From Escherichia virus TH15, in the sequence record MT446392.1: a stretch of DNA of 64,000 nucleotides; one strand, given 5' to 3'. A program made the translations under genes and the position numbers. Of the stretch, positions 49,972-60,863 are shown in pieces (positions within the stretch are counted from its first letter, which is position 1; the number at the start of each line of letters is the position of its first letter). The notes beneath the pieces were generated by a model. The model had not been told where the DNA came from, searched no databases, and was given only the letters and a program-made list of their open reading frames with translations.

Positions 49972-51504
49972 ATGATTTTAGATATTTTAAATGAAATTGC
50001 TGCAACCGATTCTACGAAAGAGAAACAAGCTATCCTGGAATCGTATTCTGAAAATGAAACGCTTAAACGTGTGTATCGTTTGACATATTCCAAAGGTATT
50101 CAGTTTTATATCAAGAAATGGCCAAAACCTGGGACAACGACTCAAAGCTTTGGCATGTTGAATATAAGTGATATGCTTGACTTTATCGAATTCACATTAG
50201 CACCTCGTAAATTAACAGGTAATGCTGCAATCGAGGAATTATCGGGTTATATTGCTGATGGTAAAAAAGCAGATGTTGAAGTCCTGCGCCGTGTGATGAT
50301 GCGTGACCTGGAATGTGGTGCATCCGTATCGATTGCGAATAAAGTTTGGAAAGGCTTAATTCCTGAACAACCGCAGATGCTCGCTTCTTCCTATGATGAA
50401 GCTGGTATTGCCAAGAACATTAAGTTCCCGGCCTTTGCGCAATTGAAAGCCGACGGCGCTCGGTGCTTTGCAGAAGTTCGTGGCGATGAGTTGGATGATG
50501 TTCGATTGTTATCCCGAGCCGGTAACGAATACCTCAAGCTTGACCTTCTTAAAAAGGAATTGATTGAAGCCACCCGTGAAGCGCGTGAGAGACATCCTGA
50601 GGGCGTTTTGATTGATGGCGAGTTAGTATATCATGAACAGAAAACAGTTGCCCAGGATGATGGTTTGGCCTTTCTTTTTGACGATACAGAGCAAGCCGAG
50701 ACTCAAATTGAATCTGCGGAATCTCGTACTAAGTCAAACGGTCTAGCGAACAAATCATTAAAAGGAACTATCACTGCGGTTGAAGCAGCTGGCATGAAAT
50801 TCCAGGTCTGGGATTATGTTCCGTTGATTGAAGTGTATTCAGATGTTAAAATTCTTAACCCTCTGAAATATGATGTGCGGTTCGCGGTATTAGAGAAGAT
50901 GATTGCAGATAACGTGGTGCTTCATGGCTACGACCGTATGATTCTGATTGAAAACCACGTGGTTAATAACCTCGAAGAAGCCAAAGCCATCTATAAGAAA
51001 TATATTGCTTTAAAGCTCGAAGGTATTATTCTTAAAAACACTGCAGCTCCTTGGGAAAACAAGCGCTCTAAGAATATGTACAAGTTCAAAGAAGTTATTG
51101 ACATCGCTTTGGAAATTATCGGATTCTATGAGCACGAGAAAGACCCAAATAAAATTGGTGGTGTTGTGCTTCAATCTTCTTGCGGTAAAATTGTTACCAA
51201 TTGTGGGTCAGGCTTCAAAGATACAACACAAGTCAAAGACCCGAAGACTAAGAAATGGACTATTATCCCAATTGATGAGCGTCATGAAATGGACCGCGAA
51301 GCTCTTATGATTAAGGCTTGCAAAGGTGAATTAGTTGGAATGATTGCTGATTGTGAATGTAATGGTTGGTTAACTTCTGAAACTCGTAAAGATAATACTG
51401 TTAAACTGTTTCTTCCGATTATCAAAGGGTTCAGATTCGATAAAGATAAGGCAGATACTTTCGAAGAAGTATTTGGCGACTGGTCACAGACGGGGTTAAA
51501 ATAA
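49972..51504 (+). CDS. 30: ATP-dependent DNA ligase
   Basis: 510 aa; long stretches identical to remembered T4 ligase, including adenylation lysine motif QLKADGARCFAEVRGDELDDVRLLSRAGNEYL. Confidence 0.95.
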   Translation: MILDILNEIAATDSTKEKQAILESYSENETLKRVYRLTYSKGIQFYIKKWPKPGTTTQSFGMLNISDMLDFIEFTLAPRKLTGNAAIEELSGYIADGKKADVEVLRRVMMRDLECGASVSIANKVWKGLIPEQPQMLASSYDEAGIAKNIKFPAFAQLKADGARCFAEVRGDELDDVRLLSRAGNEYLKLDLLKKELIEATREARERHPEGVLIDGELVYHEQKTVAQDDGLAFLFDDTEQAETQIESAESRTKSNGLANKSLKGTITAVEAAGMKFQVWDYVPLIEVYSDVKILNPLKYDVRFAVLEKMIADNVVLHGYDRMILIENHVVNNLEEAKAIYKKYIALKLEGIILKNTAAPWENKRSKNMYKFKEVIDIALEIIGFYEHEKDPNKIGGVVLQSSCGKIVTNCGSGFKDTTQVKDPKTKKWTIIPIDERHEMDREALMIKACKGELVGMIADCECNGWLTSETRKDNTVKLFLPIIKGFRFDKDKADTFEEVFGDWSQTGLK

Positions 51505-51507
51505 CAA

Positions 51508-51528
51508 AAGGGCTTCGGCCCTTTTTTA
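51508..51528 (+). terminator. Intrinsic terminator downstream of DNA ligase
   Basis: aaagggcttcggcccttttttag. Confidence 0.75.
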
Positions 51529-51529
51529 G

Positions 51530-51537
51530 TATAAATA
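51530..51537 (+). promoter_or_regulatory. Late promoter TATAAATA for alt
   Basis: TATAAATA directly after the ligase terminator, 25 nt upstream of the alt ATG. Confidence 0.6.
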
Positions 51538-51562
51538 CATCATATTTTATAAGGAACCTATT

Positions 51563-53614
51563 ATGTCTGAACAATTAAATGAACTCTTTGACAAATATAT
51601 CGAAACCTTCGGTTATCCTGTCATTAATATGAATCCAAAATACAAGGTCCCACAGGTTTGGCAATTCGGTGTTCCTGGGACCAATTCTCTTATGGCCCGT
51701 TTGATGCAATTCACGGGCAAAGAAACAGTTAAACAATATAAACGTGGTGATGCAATTGCCGAGGTATTCCTGCTCTCCGGGACTTCACACGGTCATGCTG
51801 TTCCTCTGAAGGGTGGCCTAGGTGAAAAACCTCTTGATGCGATTAACCTGATTTTTACCACAGTCTGGGAAAGTATCAAACTAGGCAAACCTGATGTAGT
51901 CTTGTTCCGTTTCCCCTCCAAAAAGATGAAAGGTCAAGAGCAAGCTGTTATTCGTATTATGAATCGACTGATTCAAATGAAAACTTCCGGGCGTTATCAT
52001 GTTCTTCCGAATGCATCTGGTCTCGGTAAAAAGAACGCTTATGTAATTATGTACAAAAAGGGTGTTGACCTACTGTCGGTTGATGGTATGCCTCCAGTCC
52101 CTGAGAAATATCAAAAAGTCACAACAAAAGTTGGCGACGTATTCACCAATAAAGATAACGGTGCACAAGTCTCCAAACAAGAAATCGCAGCCGAAGTTCT
52201 GATTGATGCCGCAAACAAAAAGACCGATGCTTCTGTTGCACAGAAAACTAAAATCAGTCGCCGAGCTATTGCACAAGCCCAGTATGCACCAAATGAGAAT
52301 GTCCCAGAAGGTTGGGATGAAATTGATGCAGAAGCTGCTAAATTTAGTCGACCTGCGACTGCTGAATTAATTGATGATGCCGAAGAACTGGAAATTTTTG
52401 TTCGACCTTCTGAAACGAATACTATGGCACGTATGCGCGCAGCAGATATGGCTATGCGAGCAAATGGTGTTTGGAAAGAAGAAATTCGTGTTGAAGACAC
52501 TGACCCAATTTTTAACCGTATGCACCGTGAACTTAAACGTGCTCCAGTCGGCAGTATGAAGCAGATGCAGATTTTTGCCGAATCATGTGCAGAAATTCTT
52601 AACCTTCGTAAAGCTGCATTTATCGAAAGAAAAATGAATGATGCTCCCCCTAACCTGGATGCAGCCACTTATGCAGCCACGCTCTGGGAAGAAGAATACA
52701 CAAGCGCCATTCGTGTTGCAGTTAAAGACTTTGCCGAAGAAGCATCAGAAAATACTCTTAATTTCACAGCAGGGTATACTGACAACCGTTTCCATTATGG
52801 CCAGCGAGAAGCAATTGCAGATTATTGTGGAGCAAACTATGTCGATATTAATAATTATTTGATGGGTAATTATTATGAAGAAGATGCTGAATTCCTAAAT
52901 CTGGACAGAGTTGTCGAAACAATTAAGGAATTGGATTCGGCCTTTGAAATTGGACATAAGTTGCCACCCGATACAACTCTTTGGCGTGGTCAATATTTAA
53001 ATGTTCCTACATTTAATAAAATTAAGCAATCGAAATTATTTTATTTCAGGAACTATGTATCAACGTCGTTTAAACCGATTATCTTTGGTGGCTGGGTGGC
53101 GAACGTTGCTATGGCCGCAGTTCATCAGGACTATCGTGATGGGACATCTTTCCAGGCTGATGACGAAATTGTTTTACCAAATATTCCGGGTGCAAACCCA
53201 GATAACGCAATGATTCATGTTGGTTGGAAAATTTCTGGGGCGGACTTAATTAACGTAATTGTTCCCGGCGAATTGTCAGGAAACCCGACCGAGCAAGAAG
53301 TTATTCTTCCTCGTGGAACTATAGTTAAGATTACAAAGATTACGGATGCGTCGTATCAAGGAAATGCGAACGTCAAAATGCTGGAAGCGGATATCCAGAC
53401 CACTGACCAACTGGATGAAAATGCAGTTATCTATGATGGTGATGTGTTGATGGAAACTGGCGAGCTTGTCGTTTATAAAGGCGAGGAACCAGAAGAATCT
53501 GTTGACTTCGCATCGTTTGCATCCTCCAGGGTGACGAAGAAAGTCAACCAAGGCCTTGGTATTCTTGCTAGTTGTATTAATTTGGAAAGTATTCCTCCTA
53601 AATTCCTTTCATAG
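51563..53614 (+). CDS. alt: ADP-ribosyltransferase Alt-like (virion-packaged ART)
   Basis: 683 aa versus T4 682 aa, adjacent to ligase as in T4; late promoter upstream; C-terminal ART-type R / STS / ExE motifs (FRNYVSTSF, EQEVILPRG). Confidence 0.75.
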   Translation: MSEQLNELFDKYIETFGYPVINMNPKYKVPQVWQFGVPGTNSLMARLMQFTGKETVKQYKRGDAIAEVFLLSGTSHGHAVPLKGGLGEKPLDAINLIFTTVWESIKLGKPDVVLFRFPSKKMKGQEQAVIRIMNRLIQMKTSGRYHVLPNASGLGKKNAYVIMYKKGVDLLSVDGMPPVPEKYQKVTTKVGDVFTNKDNGAQVSKQEIAAEVLIDAANKKTDASVAQKTKISRRAIAQAQYAPNENVPEGWDEIDAEAAKFSRPATAELIDDAEELEIFVRPSETNTMARMRAADMAMRANGVWKEEIRVEDTDPIFNRMHRELKRAPVGSMKQMQIFAESCAEILNLRKAAFIERKMNDAPPNLDAATYAATLWEEEYTSAIRVAVKDFAEEASENTLNFTAGYTDNRFHYGQREAIADYCGANYVDINNYLMGNYYEEDAEFLNLDRVVETIKELDSAFEIGHKLPPDTTLWRGQYLNVPTFNKIKQSKLFYFRNYVSTSFKPIIFGGWVANVAMAAVHQDYRDGTSFQADDEIVLPNIPGANPDNAMIHVGWKISGADLINVIVPGELSGNPTEQEVILPRGTIVKITKITDASYQGNANVKMLEADIQTTDQLDENAVIYDGDVLMETGELVVYKGEEPEESVDFASFASSRVTKKVNQGLGILASCINLESIPPKFLS

Positions 53615-53616
53615 GG

Positions 53617-53646
53617 GTTTACAAGCACAAGGAAGTGCGATACAAT
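53617..53646 (+). promoter_or_regulatory. Early promoter (GTTTAC / TACAAT)
   Basis: 18-nt spacer; upstream of the ORF at 53678. Confidence 0.45.
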
Positions 53647-53677
53647 GTTCATATCAATTGTACATGAGGAAAACAAA

Positions 53678-53968
53678 ATGAAATCATCTTTTCGCTTTAA
53701 TGGTCAGGAACTGGTAGTTGAGAATGTTATCCCAGCTTCAGAAGAGTTTGACAGCGCAGTGGGTAATGAATTACGCCGCGTGTTTGGTGAAGATAAGAAG
53801 TTTGACCTTCGCCCTGTTGAAAACTTTGTAAATTCTGAACAAACAGAAAATATTTTTAATGGTATAGTAACTGGGCAGCTTGAATCTGAAACGCCAATTG
53901 CGATTACAGTCTTTGTTAAGAAAGAAGCTGTAATGACTGTAGCAGGTTTCATTTCATTCCGCAAATAA
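53678..53968 (+). CDS. Hypothetical protein
   Basis: ORF with GAGGA SD ending at a bidirectional terminator. Confidence 0.45.
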   Translation: MKSSFRFNGQELVVENVIPASEEFDSAVGNELRRVFGEDKKFDLRPVENFVNSEQTENIFNGIVTGQLESETPIAITVFVKKEAVMTVAGFISFRK

Positions 53969-53998
53969 AAAAGGGACCTTCGGGTCCCTTTCTTTTTA
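53966..53998. terminator. Bidirectional intrinsic terminator between convergent plus-strand ORF and gene 54
   Basis: aaaaagggaccttcgggtccctttcttttt: hairpin flanked by A-run and T-run. Confidence 0.75.
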
Positions 53999-54955
53999 TA
54001 ATATACGTTGACTTCCACCAGAGACTGCTCTCCCAGAACCAGTGAACGTATTGTACAGACTTGTTAATCCAGATTGGGCACCAGACAGGCGACTCAATTT
54101 GGCAACTTCTGCGTTCAAGTTGTTATCTGAACTAATACCAGATACACCCTTAATAACCTTATCTTCCAACCATTCTAATGCAGCATTTCTTCCCACCGCC
54201 CCAGTTGACATAACGCGATAAGCAAAAGTCACATCAAATGTAGCTATCTGATTATCCCCTTCATAGCTCAATTCAGGCGCAGATACACTTACAGGAACAC
54301 AACCAGTTAACATAACAACCGTGTGTGGCAATCCATTACGTGAGTGAAGGTTGACCTGAATATCTGCTTCAACATCTTCAGGCAAAGCTCTTAGCTGGGT
54401 AACTGGGTCCTGTACAGAGTTAACCCAATCGTTAAATGCTCTGAAGTTCCCTGCCTCTGAATCCATTCTAAAGCTTAATACCAACGGAGAATATTCTCTC
54501 CCTGTTATCTTGATATTTGGTGCGTTATGGTTAAGGTCCATTTCGTAGTTCAATGTGTTGTCCGGAAGCTTAACGGAGTGAACTAATAGCCCGGCCGTTG
54601 GATAAGCCATATTAAAGAAATCAAGCAGGTAAGTACCAACCTCAAATTCCCCTAATAATGATTGCACAACACGGTTACTCATTGCCCCAATAAGATATTT
54701 GCTTATACCGGATTTACGAATAAGCTTTTGAGTTCCTGCAGTAACAAGAGTTGTTATTCCCTGGGTTAAGTCGCCTTGTGTTAAACCAAACCAATCCGAG
54801 TTAACAGGAAGGTTGCTGAATAATGCACCACCGAACTGGTCCAGAAGATTCTGGGATTTAGAGGAAGGCGCGGTCGCGAAGACCACGCTAAAAAGGTTAT
54901 TCCTCTGCAAGTCGATATTAATCGCTTGTGTTTGAAATTCTTGTAAAGTAAACAT
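53996..54955 (-). CDS. 54: Baseplate tail-tube initiator gp54
   Basis: 319 aa versus T4 320 aa; position downstream of gene 48. Confidence 0.85.
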   Translation of the reverse strand: MFTLQEFQTQAINIDLQRNNLFSVVFATAPSSKSQNLLDQFGGALFSNLPVNSDWFGLTQGDLTQGITTLVTAGTQKLIRKSGISKYLIGAMSNRVVQSLLGEFEVGTYLLDFFNMAYPTAGLLVHSVKLPDNTLNYEMDLNHNAPNIKITGREYSPLVLSFRMDSEAGNFRAFNDWVNSVQDPVTQLRALPEDVEADIQVNLHSRNGLPHTVVMLTGCVPVSVSAPELSYEGDNQIATFDVTFAYRVMSTGAVGRNAALEWLEDKVIKGVSGISSDNNLNAEVAKLSRLSGAQSGLTSLYNTFTGSGRAVSGGSQRIL

Positions 54956-56049
54956 TAGAAACCTTCCGCATATAATGAGCCACGGTTAAGCGTAATGATT
55001 TCACGGAAAGTGATTTCAAGTACAAAAGTCGATGGCAGGTTAGGAGCAATAGCTAATCCACCGAAATGACCATCCGGAGATTTATCGAATCTTATGCTCT
55101 GAATCTGACATGGCCCAAATAGCTCACCACGGCCATCGTATGAGCTTGTATCACCAAAGTTACGGATATACCAGATAGTAGGGTTAGAGACCACCAGAAC
55201 GTTCGTTAAGAAGCTTGTTATCTCTTCACCGAGCAACTTACCGTCAAAGTTATCGATTGCTTCCTTTTTGAAGGTGGATTTATACCACGTATCGATTTTA
55301 TCTTTCAGCTCGGAAGCAAACGAACTTTTACCGGTTTCCCCATATGAGTAATAGTTAAAAATCTCGTATATCTTCACTATCTGGATTAAGTCTTGCGCGC
55401 TACGTGGAGTCATTTCCCATGTGTAAACTTTTGTCCTGTTATCCGGACCAGCATACATGCTTCTTGCCGTTGTGTAAATCTGTTCGCCATGGTCGGCCAT
55501 TACACCGTTTGTAACTGATTCGAGTGCGCCAAAAACTGCAGTCGATGCGATGTTACTAAGAATACCAGTAGCTGAGCCGCCGCCTTTCGTAATAAGAGAT
55601 TCGCCAACATCATTGAATCGATGCGATACGGATTCTACATCAGACTTCGAACGAGGCAACAGGATATTTGCAACAGCGTTCGAATCAAAACTTTTACCTG
55701 TTGAACCGGAACCGGTTAATTTTGATTTAGCAAAAGATGTTAAACTTTTAACCGGGTTAAATGAAGCACCATTGGAAACTTTCTTTAATGAAGTCAATTG
55801 GCTTGACCGGTCTGAGCGTAATTCCGGAGATGTTCTTGAACTGAAATTGTATGCCGTGAATAACAGACCATTTTTATAAAGGTCATTAACTCGCATATCA
55901 TCTGAAGAATCATTACCGGAAGCTCGTTCTGCTGGATATTGTGCCACAATAGTAGCTTGAGTCTGGGCAGCTTTTGACTGCCCAGCGGAGGTCTTAGAAC
56001 CTCCGTTAAATAAACCCGCAATATCTAAATCGAGTTCTTTTACTTTCAT
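54955..56049 (-). CDS. 48: Baseplate tail-tube cap gp48
   Basis: 364 aa as in T4; synteny 29-48-54. Confidence 0.85.
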   Translation of the reverse strand: MKVKELDLDIAGLFNGGSKTSAGQSKAAQTQATIVAQYPAERASGNDSSDDMRVNDLYKNGLLFTAYNFSSRTSPELRSDRSSQLTSLKKVSNGASFNPVKSLTSFAKSKLTGSGSTGKSFDSNAVANILLPRSKSDVESVSHRFNDVGESLITKGGGSATGILSNIASTAVFGALESVTNGVMADHGEQIYTTARSMYAGPDNRTKVYTWEMTPRSAQDLIQIVKIYEIFNYYSYGETGKSSFASELKDKIDTWYKSTFKKEAIDNFDGKLLGEEITSFLTNVLVVSNPTIWYIRNFGDTSSYDGRGELFGPCQIQSIRFDKSPDGHFGGLAIAPNLPSTFVLEITFREIITLNRGSLYAEGF

Positions 56050-56057
56050 GTTATTCC

Positions 56058-57803
56058 TTAGTTAATTCTCGTGGCCTGTCTCATGCCAGGGGCAGGGGTT
56101 GAACTTTGAGGAGGCATATTGTATTGCGTCCTGGAAGTCTTCTGAATATTATTGACTGTGTTAATTTGGGCCTGAGCCGGTGCATCCTTGTATTTATTTT
56201 CTTTGGCCTTCATACCTTCGTCAACCTTCGCAGCTTGTTGTGCGTCCGGAGAAGTCTTAACATCTGGCGGTTTAACTTTCGGTTCGTCTTTGAACTTCTC
56301 AAGAGACTTATCGAGTTTTTCCAACAGGGCGCGCATATTCAGGTCTTTCGGAGCTCCACCTTTTGCCATAGCAGGGTCAGCTAATTGTTTTTCAATGTTA
56401 GCTCTCATTTCCAGCGCATTCTTTTTATCGGTTGCGTCTGGCTTCATTAGGTTGTCGGCAGTTTGGGTCAAACGAATAATATCAGCCTGCGCTTTGTCAC
56501 GCTTCTTGAAATAGTCCAGACGTTCTTCTTCCGGAAGGTCTCTGAAGCTTGTGTCAATACCACCCGCGCGAAGCTGGTCAGCTTGTTCCTTGGTAAGGTT
56601 ACCATATTTTTCGGCTTGATTAATTAGTTCAGGTTTATCCTTATACTTCTTATTCATCTTCTCTGCAGCTTCCATTGCTTCGGCCGAACGTTTGTCATGA
56701 TATTTTGCTATCTTGGTTTGGTCTTCATCATCCAGAGTTGCCCCTGTATTTTGCTGATAAGACATCAAAGCTGAGGCCTCCACATTATCTGCTAAATCGC
56801 CCATCCCAGGGATTTTACTTAAGATAGCCGAGATTAATTTTGAAATACCAAGCATAAGAAGTTGAGCCATATTCTTCGTTAAGTTAACCATCCCACGGAT
56901 AATAGCTTCTGCCAGCCCAAGCCAATTTCTTTCACTAAACATTGCTTCAGCATTCTTAGCCCAAGTCATTAATCCTTCGAGTAATGGCCCCCATTCTTTG
57001 AACTTATCATTAAATTCTTTCCAACCAGCTTCAAATTGCTTCATGAAATACTGGAAGTAAACTCGTATTGCATCGATGCCGAATACCAACAACAATAATC
57101 CGCCTATTAATTTAGCTGCTTCAGCTGCCGCAGTTATTGTGTATTTGAACAACATCCCTGAGATTCGGTCGGCTACAGAAACCGATGCCTTAAATCCTTT
57201 TTCGGTTATCTTCGAAAGAGTGTCAAGCTTATCGCCGAGAGACCAAGTATTAGTCTCTTTACCTTCTGCATCATTCTTTGGCTGCTCCGGTTCCGGTATG
57301 AAGTCTGCATCTGGCTTTTGTTCTTCGGGTGGTATAAGCGCTGGAACGCTCGCTGTGGGCTTATTCTCTTCAGGCTCTGGTAATGCATCCTCAACGGGTT
57401 TAAGGCTTTCAGAACCAGCCATAGGAGACGTGACGCCTATTTTACCGCTTATCATTGCGCTGAGTTTGTCGAGCTTATCCGAGAGAATATCCGTGAGGTT
57501 TTTAATCCCTTGTTGAGTCTTCTCGGTGGCTTCAGCCGTCAGTTCGACCCCAGCACTGATATCCTGGAGGACTCCATTATTGGTTTGGATATTCTCGATA
57601 ATCTGATTACCCTTATCCTCAATAGCTTCCGATACAAGTTCGGTCGCAGCCTGAGTATTTGTAAGAGTCGTATTCAGATTCGATAGTTCATCATTCTGTT
57701 CAGCAGAGAGGGCTTCCGCCCTCCTTTGTGGTGCTAATTCTTCGATAAGCTTTTTATTCGGTCCACCGCGTCTGAAGCTCGTTTGTTCGGAGTTCTTATT
57801 CAT
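56058..57803 (-). CDS. 29: Tail tape-measure / baseplate hub protein gp29
   Basis: 581 aa versus T4 590 aa; extended alpha-helical repeats with a central hydrophobic segment. Confidence 0.8.
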   Translation of the reverse strand: MNKNSEQTSFRRGGPNKKLIEELAPQRRAEALSAEQNDELSNLNTTLTNTQAATELVSEAIEDKGNQIIENIQTNNGVLQDISAGVELTAEATEKTQQGIKNLTDILSDKLDKLSAMISGKIGVTSPMAGSESLKPVEDALPEPEENKPTASVPALIPPEEQKPDADFIPEPEQPKNDAEGKETNTWSLGDKLDTLSKITEKGFKASVSVADRISGMLFKYTITAAAEAAKLIGGLLLLVFGIDAIRVYFQYFMKQFEAGWKEFNDKFKEWGPLLEGLMTWAKNAEAMFSERNWLGLAEAIIRGMVNLTKNMAQLLMLGISKLISAILSKIPGMGDLADNVEASALMSYQQNTGATLDDEDQTKIAKYHDKRSAEAMEAAEKMNKKYKDKPELINQAEKYGNLTKEQADQLRAGGIDTSFRDLPEEERLDYFKKRDKAQADIIRLTQTADNLMKPDATDKKNALEMRANIEKQLADPAMAKGGAPKDLNMRALLEKLDKSLEKFKDEPKVKPPDVKTSPDAQQAAKVDEGMKAKENKYKDAPAQAQINTVNNIQKTSRTQYNMPPQSSTPAPGMRQATRIN

Positions 57804-58356
57804 TTAGGAGTTCCATTATTTTCAGTAACCCCTTAACAGGACCATTCGGGCCCGGGATTGCTAATGTGCTTGTGATATCGTCTGCCCACTTAGCAACAAA
57901 AGCAGGCATATCCAGAAAGTCTGGAACATCTTCCCCGAGATAAAGAGTCTCCAGAAGATTGTCAACTGGTCCGAATTCTTCATACGGTTTATTCGAGCGG
58001 AATTTAAATGTCTTTCCTTGATAAGAGAATTCAAGACGCTGGCAGATATAAACATCATCCAGCTTATATGTAAATCCATTAATCTCGCGTTTGTCTTTTA
58101 GCTTACCATTGAATTCCAGAAGATGTAAGGATACAAAGTCGGATTCGGCTGCTGTAAGATTAGGGAATATCGATTGCATAACCTTTCTTAATGCAGCGTA
58201 AGGGTTGGCCTCGTTTTTAATCAGATTGTGATGCTTGAGTCCAAGCTTAGGAACGTGAATCTCTTTATCACCCAGCTGTATTTTCTTCGTCGGCAGAATC
58301 AGTTTTAAGTTCATTTTTAACCTTCGGTGGTTCTTCAACTTCGATAGGCTTACCAT
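57796..58356 (-). CDS. 28: Baseplate hub distal subunit gp28
   Basis: Synteny between 27 and 29; likely true start at internal Met (about 58314), giving about 172 aa versus T4 177 aa. Confidence 0.7.
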   Translation of the reverse strand: MVSLSKLKNHRRLKMNLKLILPTKKIQLGDKEIHVPKLGLKHHNLIKNEANPYAALRKVMQSIFPNLTAAESDFVSLHLLEFNGKLKDKREINGFTYKLDDVYICQRLEFSYQGKTFKFRSNKPYEEFGPVDNLLETLYLGEDVPDFLDMPAFVAKWADDITSTLAIPGPNGPVKGLLKIMELLNE

Positions 58357-59437
58357 TGGTAAACATATAGAGGTTTGTAATTGATGTATTGTTACTCACT
58401 TCATGAATAACTTCGTCTACGTAAAAATCATATTTGAATTGGTTCTTAGGGTCAAAGAAATTTATCTTATCACCCGGGGTTAATTCAAAGTTCCCGTACG
58501 TTTTGCAATGTGCGTAACCGTCATACTGAGACATGGTTATTAATCGTTGTGCTTCCTCGAAACCATTTCGGTACGTGTAATCCGAATAGCCTCCGGAACG
58601 AGATACCAGAATACTGTTTTGACCTTCCCCAAAAGTTATTCTGGTTGCATTCTTGTCAAGGAATGAATGTGCATACACGGTTGCGTTTTCGTATGGTTTT
58701 CTTGTGTGTTGGTTTGCCTTTGTTAACCATTCAAAATCGAAGGCTAACGGAGCATCGAGGTTTTGCACGAATTGGCCAATCAATCGAGGTTCACCCACCA
58801 CAAAATTAATTGGCTCTTGGGCGGTTAACCATTCATAATCCTGGATACTTATGCCATCGATATCTTCCCATACAAAAACAAATTTATCGGTTTCTACGGC
58901 CAGGCCAACTTCCCTTATGAATTCCATATATTGGTTCATCGAATCACACCATGGAACATTAGGAGCATAAACGTTTATGCCGTTTATCGGAGGAGCAAGT
59001 AATGGTCGGTCCTGATAAATTACCCCGGTCATTTCGACTAATGTTTCTTGTACACTCGGGTAAAACATACGACTAAATTTCAGGTCTTCAATTTCGTGAA
59101 TCGGCGCCAGTTGAATTGTAATTATGTTATCACCCTTTGAATCCACAGAAACCGCAAAGTGCTTGCTTCCGTATATCCTGGATTGGGTTCGGTCAGAGTT
59201 GGCATTCTTAACAGAAATCTGAATAATTTGTTCACCATTCATTTTTGTATGTAAATTCTTTGTGTCGTAGAATTGCAACAGCCCTTCGTTTCTTCCATAA
59301 AGGGAATCACGCATGGTTAACGTTGTAAATGTTGCAGCCAGTTCTACAAAACGGTGTTCAAGCCAGGCATCATAATCTTCATAAAGGCGTATGCTGATAT
59401 TAGGAAAGCCTTCGCGCTGCATAGATTTAGCTGTCAT
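58268..59437 (-). CDS. 27: Baseplate hub protein gp27
   Basis: 389 aa versus T4 391 aa; synteny. Confidence 0.85.
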   Translation of the reverse strand: MTAKSMQREGFPNISIRLYEDYDAWLEHRFVELAATFTTLTMRDSLYGRNEGLLQFYDTKNLHTKMNGEQIIQISVKNANSDRTQSRIYGSKHFAVSVDSKGDNIITIQLAPIHEIEDLKFSRMFYPSVQETLVEMTGVIYQDRPLLAPPINGINVYAPNVPWCDSMNQYMEFIREVGLAVETDKFVFVWEDIDGISIQDYEWLTAQEPINFVVGEPRLIGQFVQNLDAPLAFDFEWLTKANQHTRKPYENATVYAHSFLDKNATRITFGEGQNSILVSRSGGYSDYTYRNGFEEAQRLITMSQYDGYAHCKTYGNFELTPGDKINFFDPKNQFKYDFYVDEVIHEVSNNTSITNLYMFTNGKPIEVEEPPKVKNELKTDSADEENTAG

Positions 59438-60186
59438 TTCTTCAAGTCCTTCTCAACTAACGATAAAGCGATACCTCGCTCGATAGGAATCATGTGCATG
59501 ATGCTATCCAGTGAATATTGATTCTTTACCAGCAAGTGGTTAATTTGATAAAATACAAAGACTTCATCCGGGTTAAGGATAAGCTTAAAGACATCAATCA
59601 AGTCTGTATATTCGGTTTTGTGCTTTTCGCAACAACCATATGTAAATGGAAGATAAATCGAGTGCATTTTCTTAAGGAGCTCTTCGAGACTCTCTATATC
59701 AATTGCATCGATAACTTGCATCTTCGTTTCTTCAGGAAGGTCTTCCCAATTGTACTTTTGTTCTGAGTCTTCGACAGTCTGGATGGTGTTTAGAACAAGC
59801 TCCGACTTATCTTTATATTCCACTTCAGGGAACTTAAATTGTATTTTTATCCCTGCGGTTTCCATCGTTGGATTTATCAATGGACCTTGACTCATGTTAA
59901 ACAAAGTCTGCTTTGTCTTTTTACATTTTTGACATTCGAACGCTACCGGGACTTTTGTCTTGCCGATAGAGGAAGTGAATACCTTCAGGAATATGTAAGG
60001 TCTCCATGCTTTCGGATACTCTCCAAAATAATCTTCTAACAGTTCGTCTAATAATTGTTTTTGTTCTTCGACGGGTTTGTTGTTCATGTCGTTTCGCACA
60101 AGCAGTAAATCACGGTAATCAGCGACTGTAAACGGTTTGAAACGATGAACTCCGTCTGGCATTTCACATCTTACGATATTGGCCAT
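59434..60186 (-). CDS. 51: Baseplate hub assembly catalyst gp51
   Basis: 250 aa versus T4 249 aa; first gene of the minus-strand hub operon, with a late promoter immediately upstream. Confidence 0.8.
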   Translation of the reverse strand: MANIVRCEMPDGVHRFKPFTVADYRDLLLVRNDMNNKPVEEQKQLLDELLEDYFGEYPKAWRPYIFLKVFTSSIGKTKVPVAFECQKCKKTKQTLFNMSQGPLINPTMETAGIKIQFKFPEVEYKDKSELVLNTIQTVEDSEQKYNWEDLPEETKMQVIDAIDIESLEELLKKMHSIYLPFTYGCCEKHKTEYTDLIDVFKLILNPDEVFVFYQINHLLVKNQYSLDSIMHMIPIERGIALSLVEKDLKK

Positions 60187-60210
60187 AGAATCCCCTTTTA
60201 TCTTTATTGA

Positions 60211-60222
60211 TATTTATAAATA
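60211..60222. promoter_or_regulatory. Overlapping divergent late promoters (TATTTATAAATA) for gene 51 (minus) and gene 26 (plus)
   Basis: The 12-mer reads TATAAATA on both strands, offset by 4 nt. Confidence 0.6.
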
Positions 60223-60239
60223 CAGTAAAGGAGCAAATT

Positions 60240-60863
60240 ATGACTTATGAATTTATTGTCCAAATTAAAAATAAAACTATAAATTGTAGGGCTTTTACCT
60301 TGCGCGAATATAAAGATTTGCTTCAGGCAAAATTAGAAAAGCGTATGGAACCTGCAATAATTGAACTGCTTAATAAATGCACTGATGCTAAAGGGTTAAA
60401 CAAACAGGAAGCCGAGCTGCTTCTTATTAATCTCTGGGCAAATAGTCTCGGAGCTGTCAACGTCGAGCATACATGGGTATGTGAGTGTGGAAAGGAACAA
60501 GATATTCCGGTAACGATTAGCCGTGCGAGCATCGTGGACGAGTCTGAAGTTATTCGTGATTTTGGGTCGTTTAAAATTAAATTCCGTTATCCTGGACTGT
60601 TTGAAGACGGTGATAAAGGAAAAATGATTGCTTGTTGCATTGAATATATTATCACGGAAGGTGGCGAGCGCATCGTGGTTGATGACTTAAATGAAGCCGA
60701 AATCGAGGACCTGTACAACGCAATTACCCTCGATGATATCAATGCACTAACGGAAGAACTTCTCAAGCCACAGGTCCAAATGGCTATTCCTATCTCTTGT
60801 GAGTGTGGAGCGCATTCTGTCCATGTAATTAAGGGGCTTAAAGAATTCTTTAAGTTTATGTAA
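60240..60863 (+). CDS. 26: Baseplate hub subunit gp26
   Basis: 207 aa versus T4 208 aa; ATG with AGGAG SD downstream of a late promoter; track start 60207 is TTG upstream of the promoter. Confidence 0.8.
   Translation: MTYEFIVQIKNKTINCRAFTLREYKDLLQAKLEKRMEPAIIELLNKCTDAKGLNKQEAELLLINLWANSLGAVNVEHTWVCECGKEQDIPVTISRASIVDESEVIRDFGSFKIKFRYPGLFEDGDKGKMIACCIEYIITEGGERIVVDDLNEAEIEDLYNAITLDDINALTEELLKPQVQMAIPISCECGAHSVHVIKGLKEFFKFM

Noticed and set aside
52111-52668. 185-aa minus-strand ORF inside alt, and similar antisense ORFs inside genes 34, 37, 29 and nrdA
   Set aside because: Embedded antisense to long, well-supported genes with no start signals; characteristic of chance open frames.
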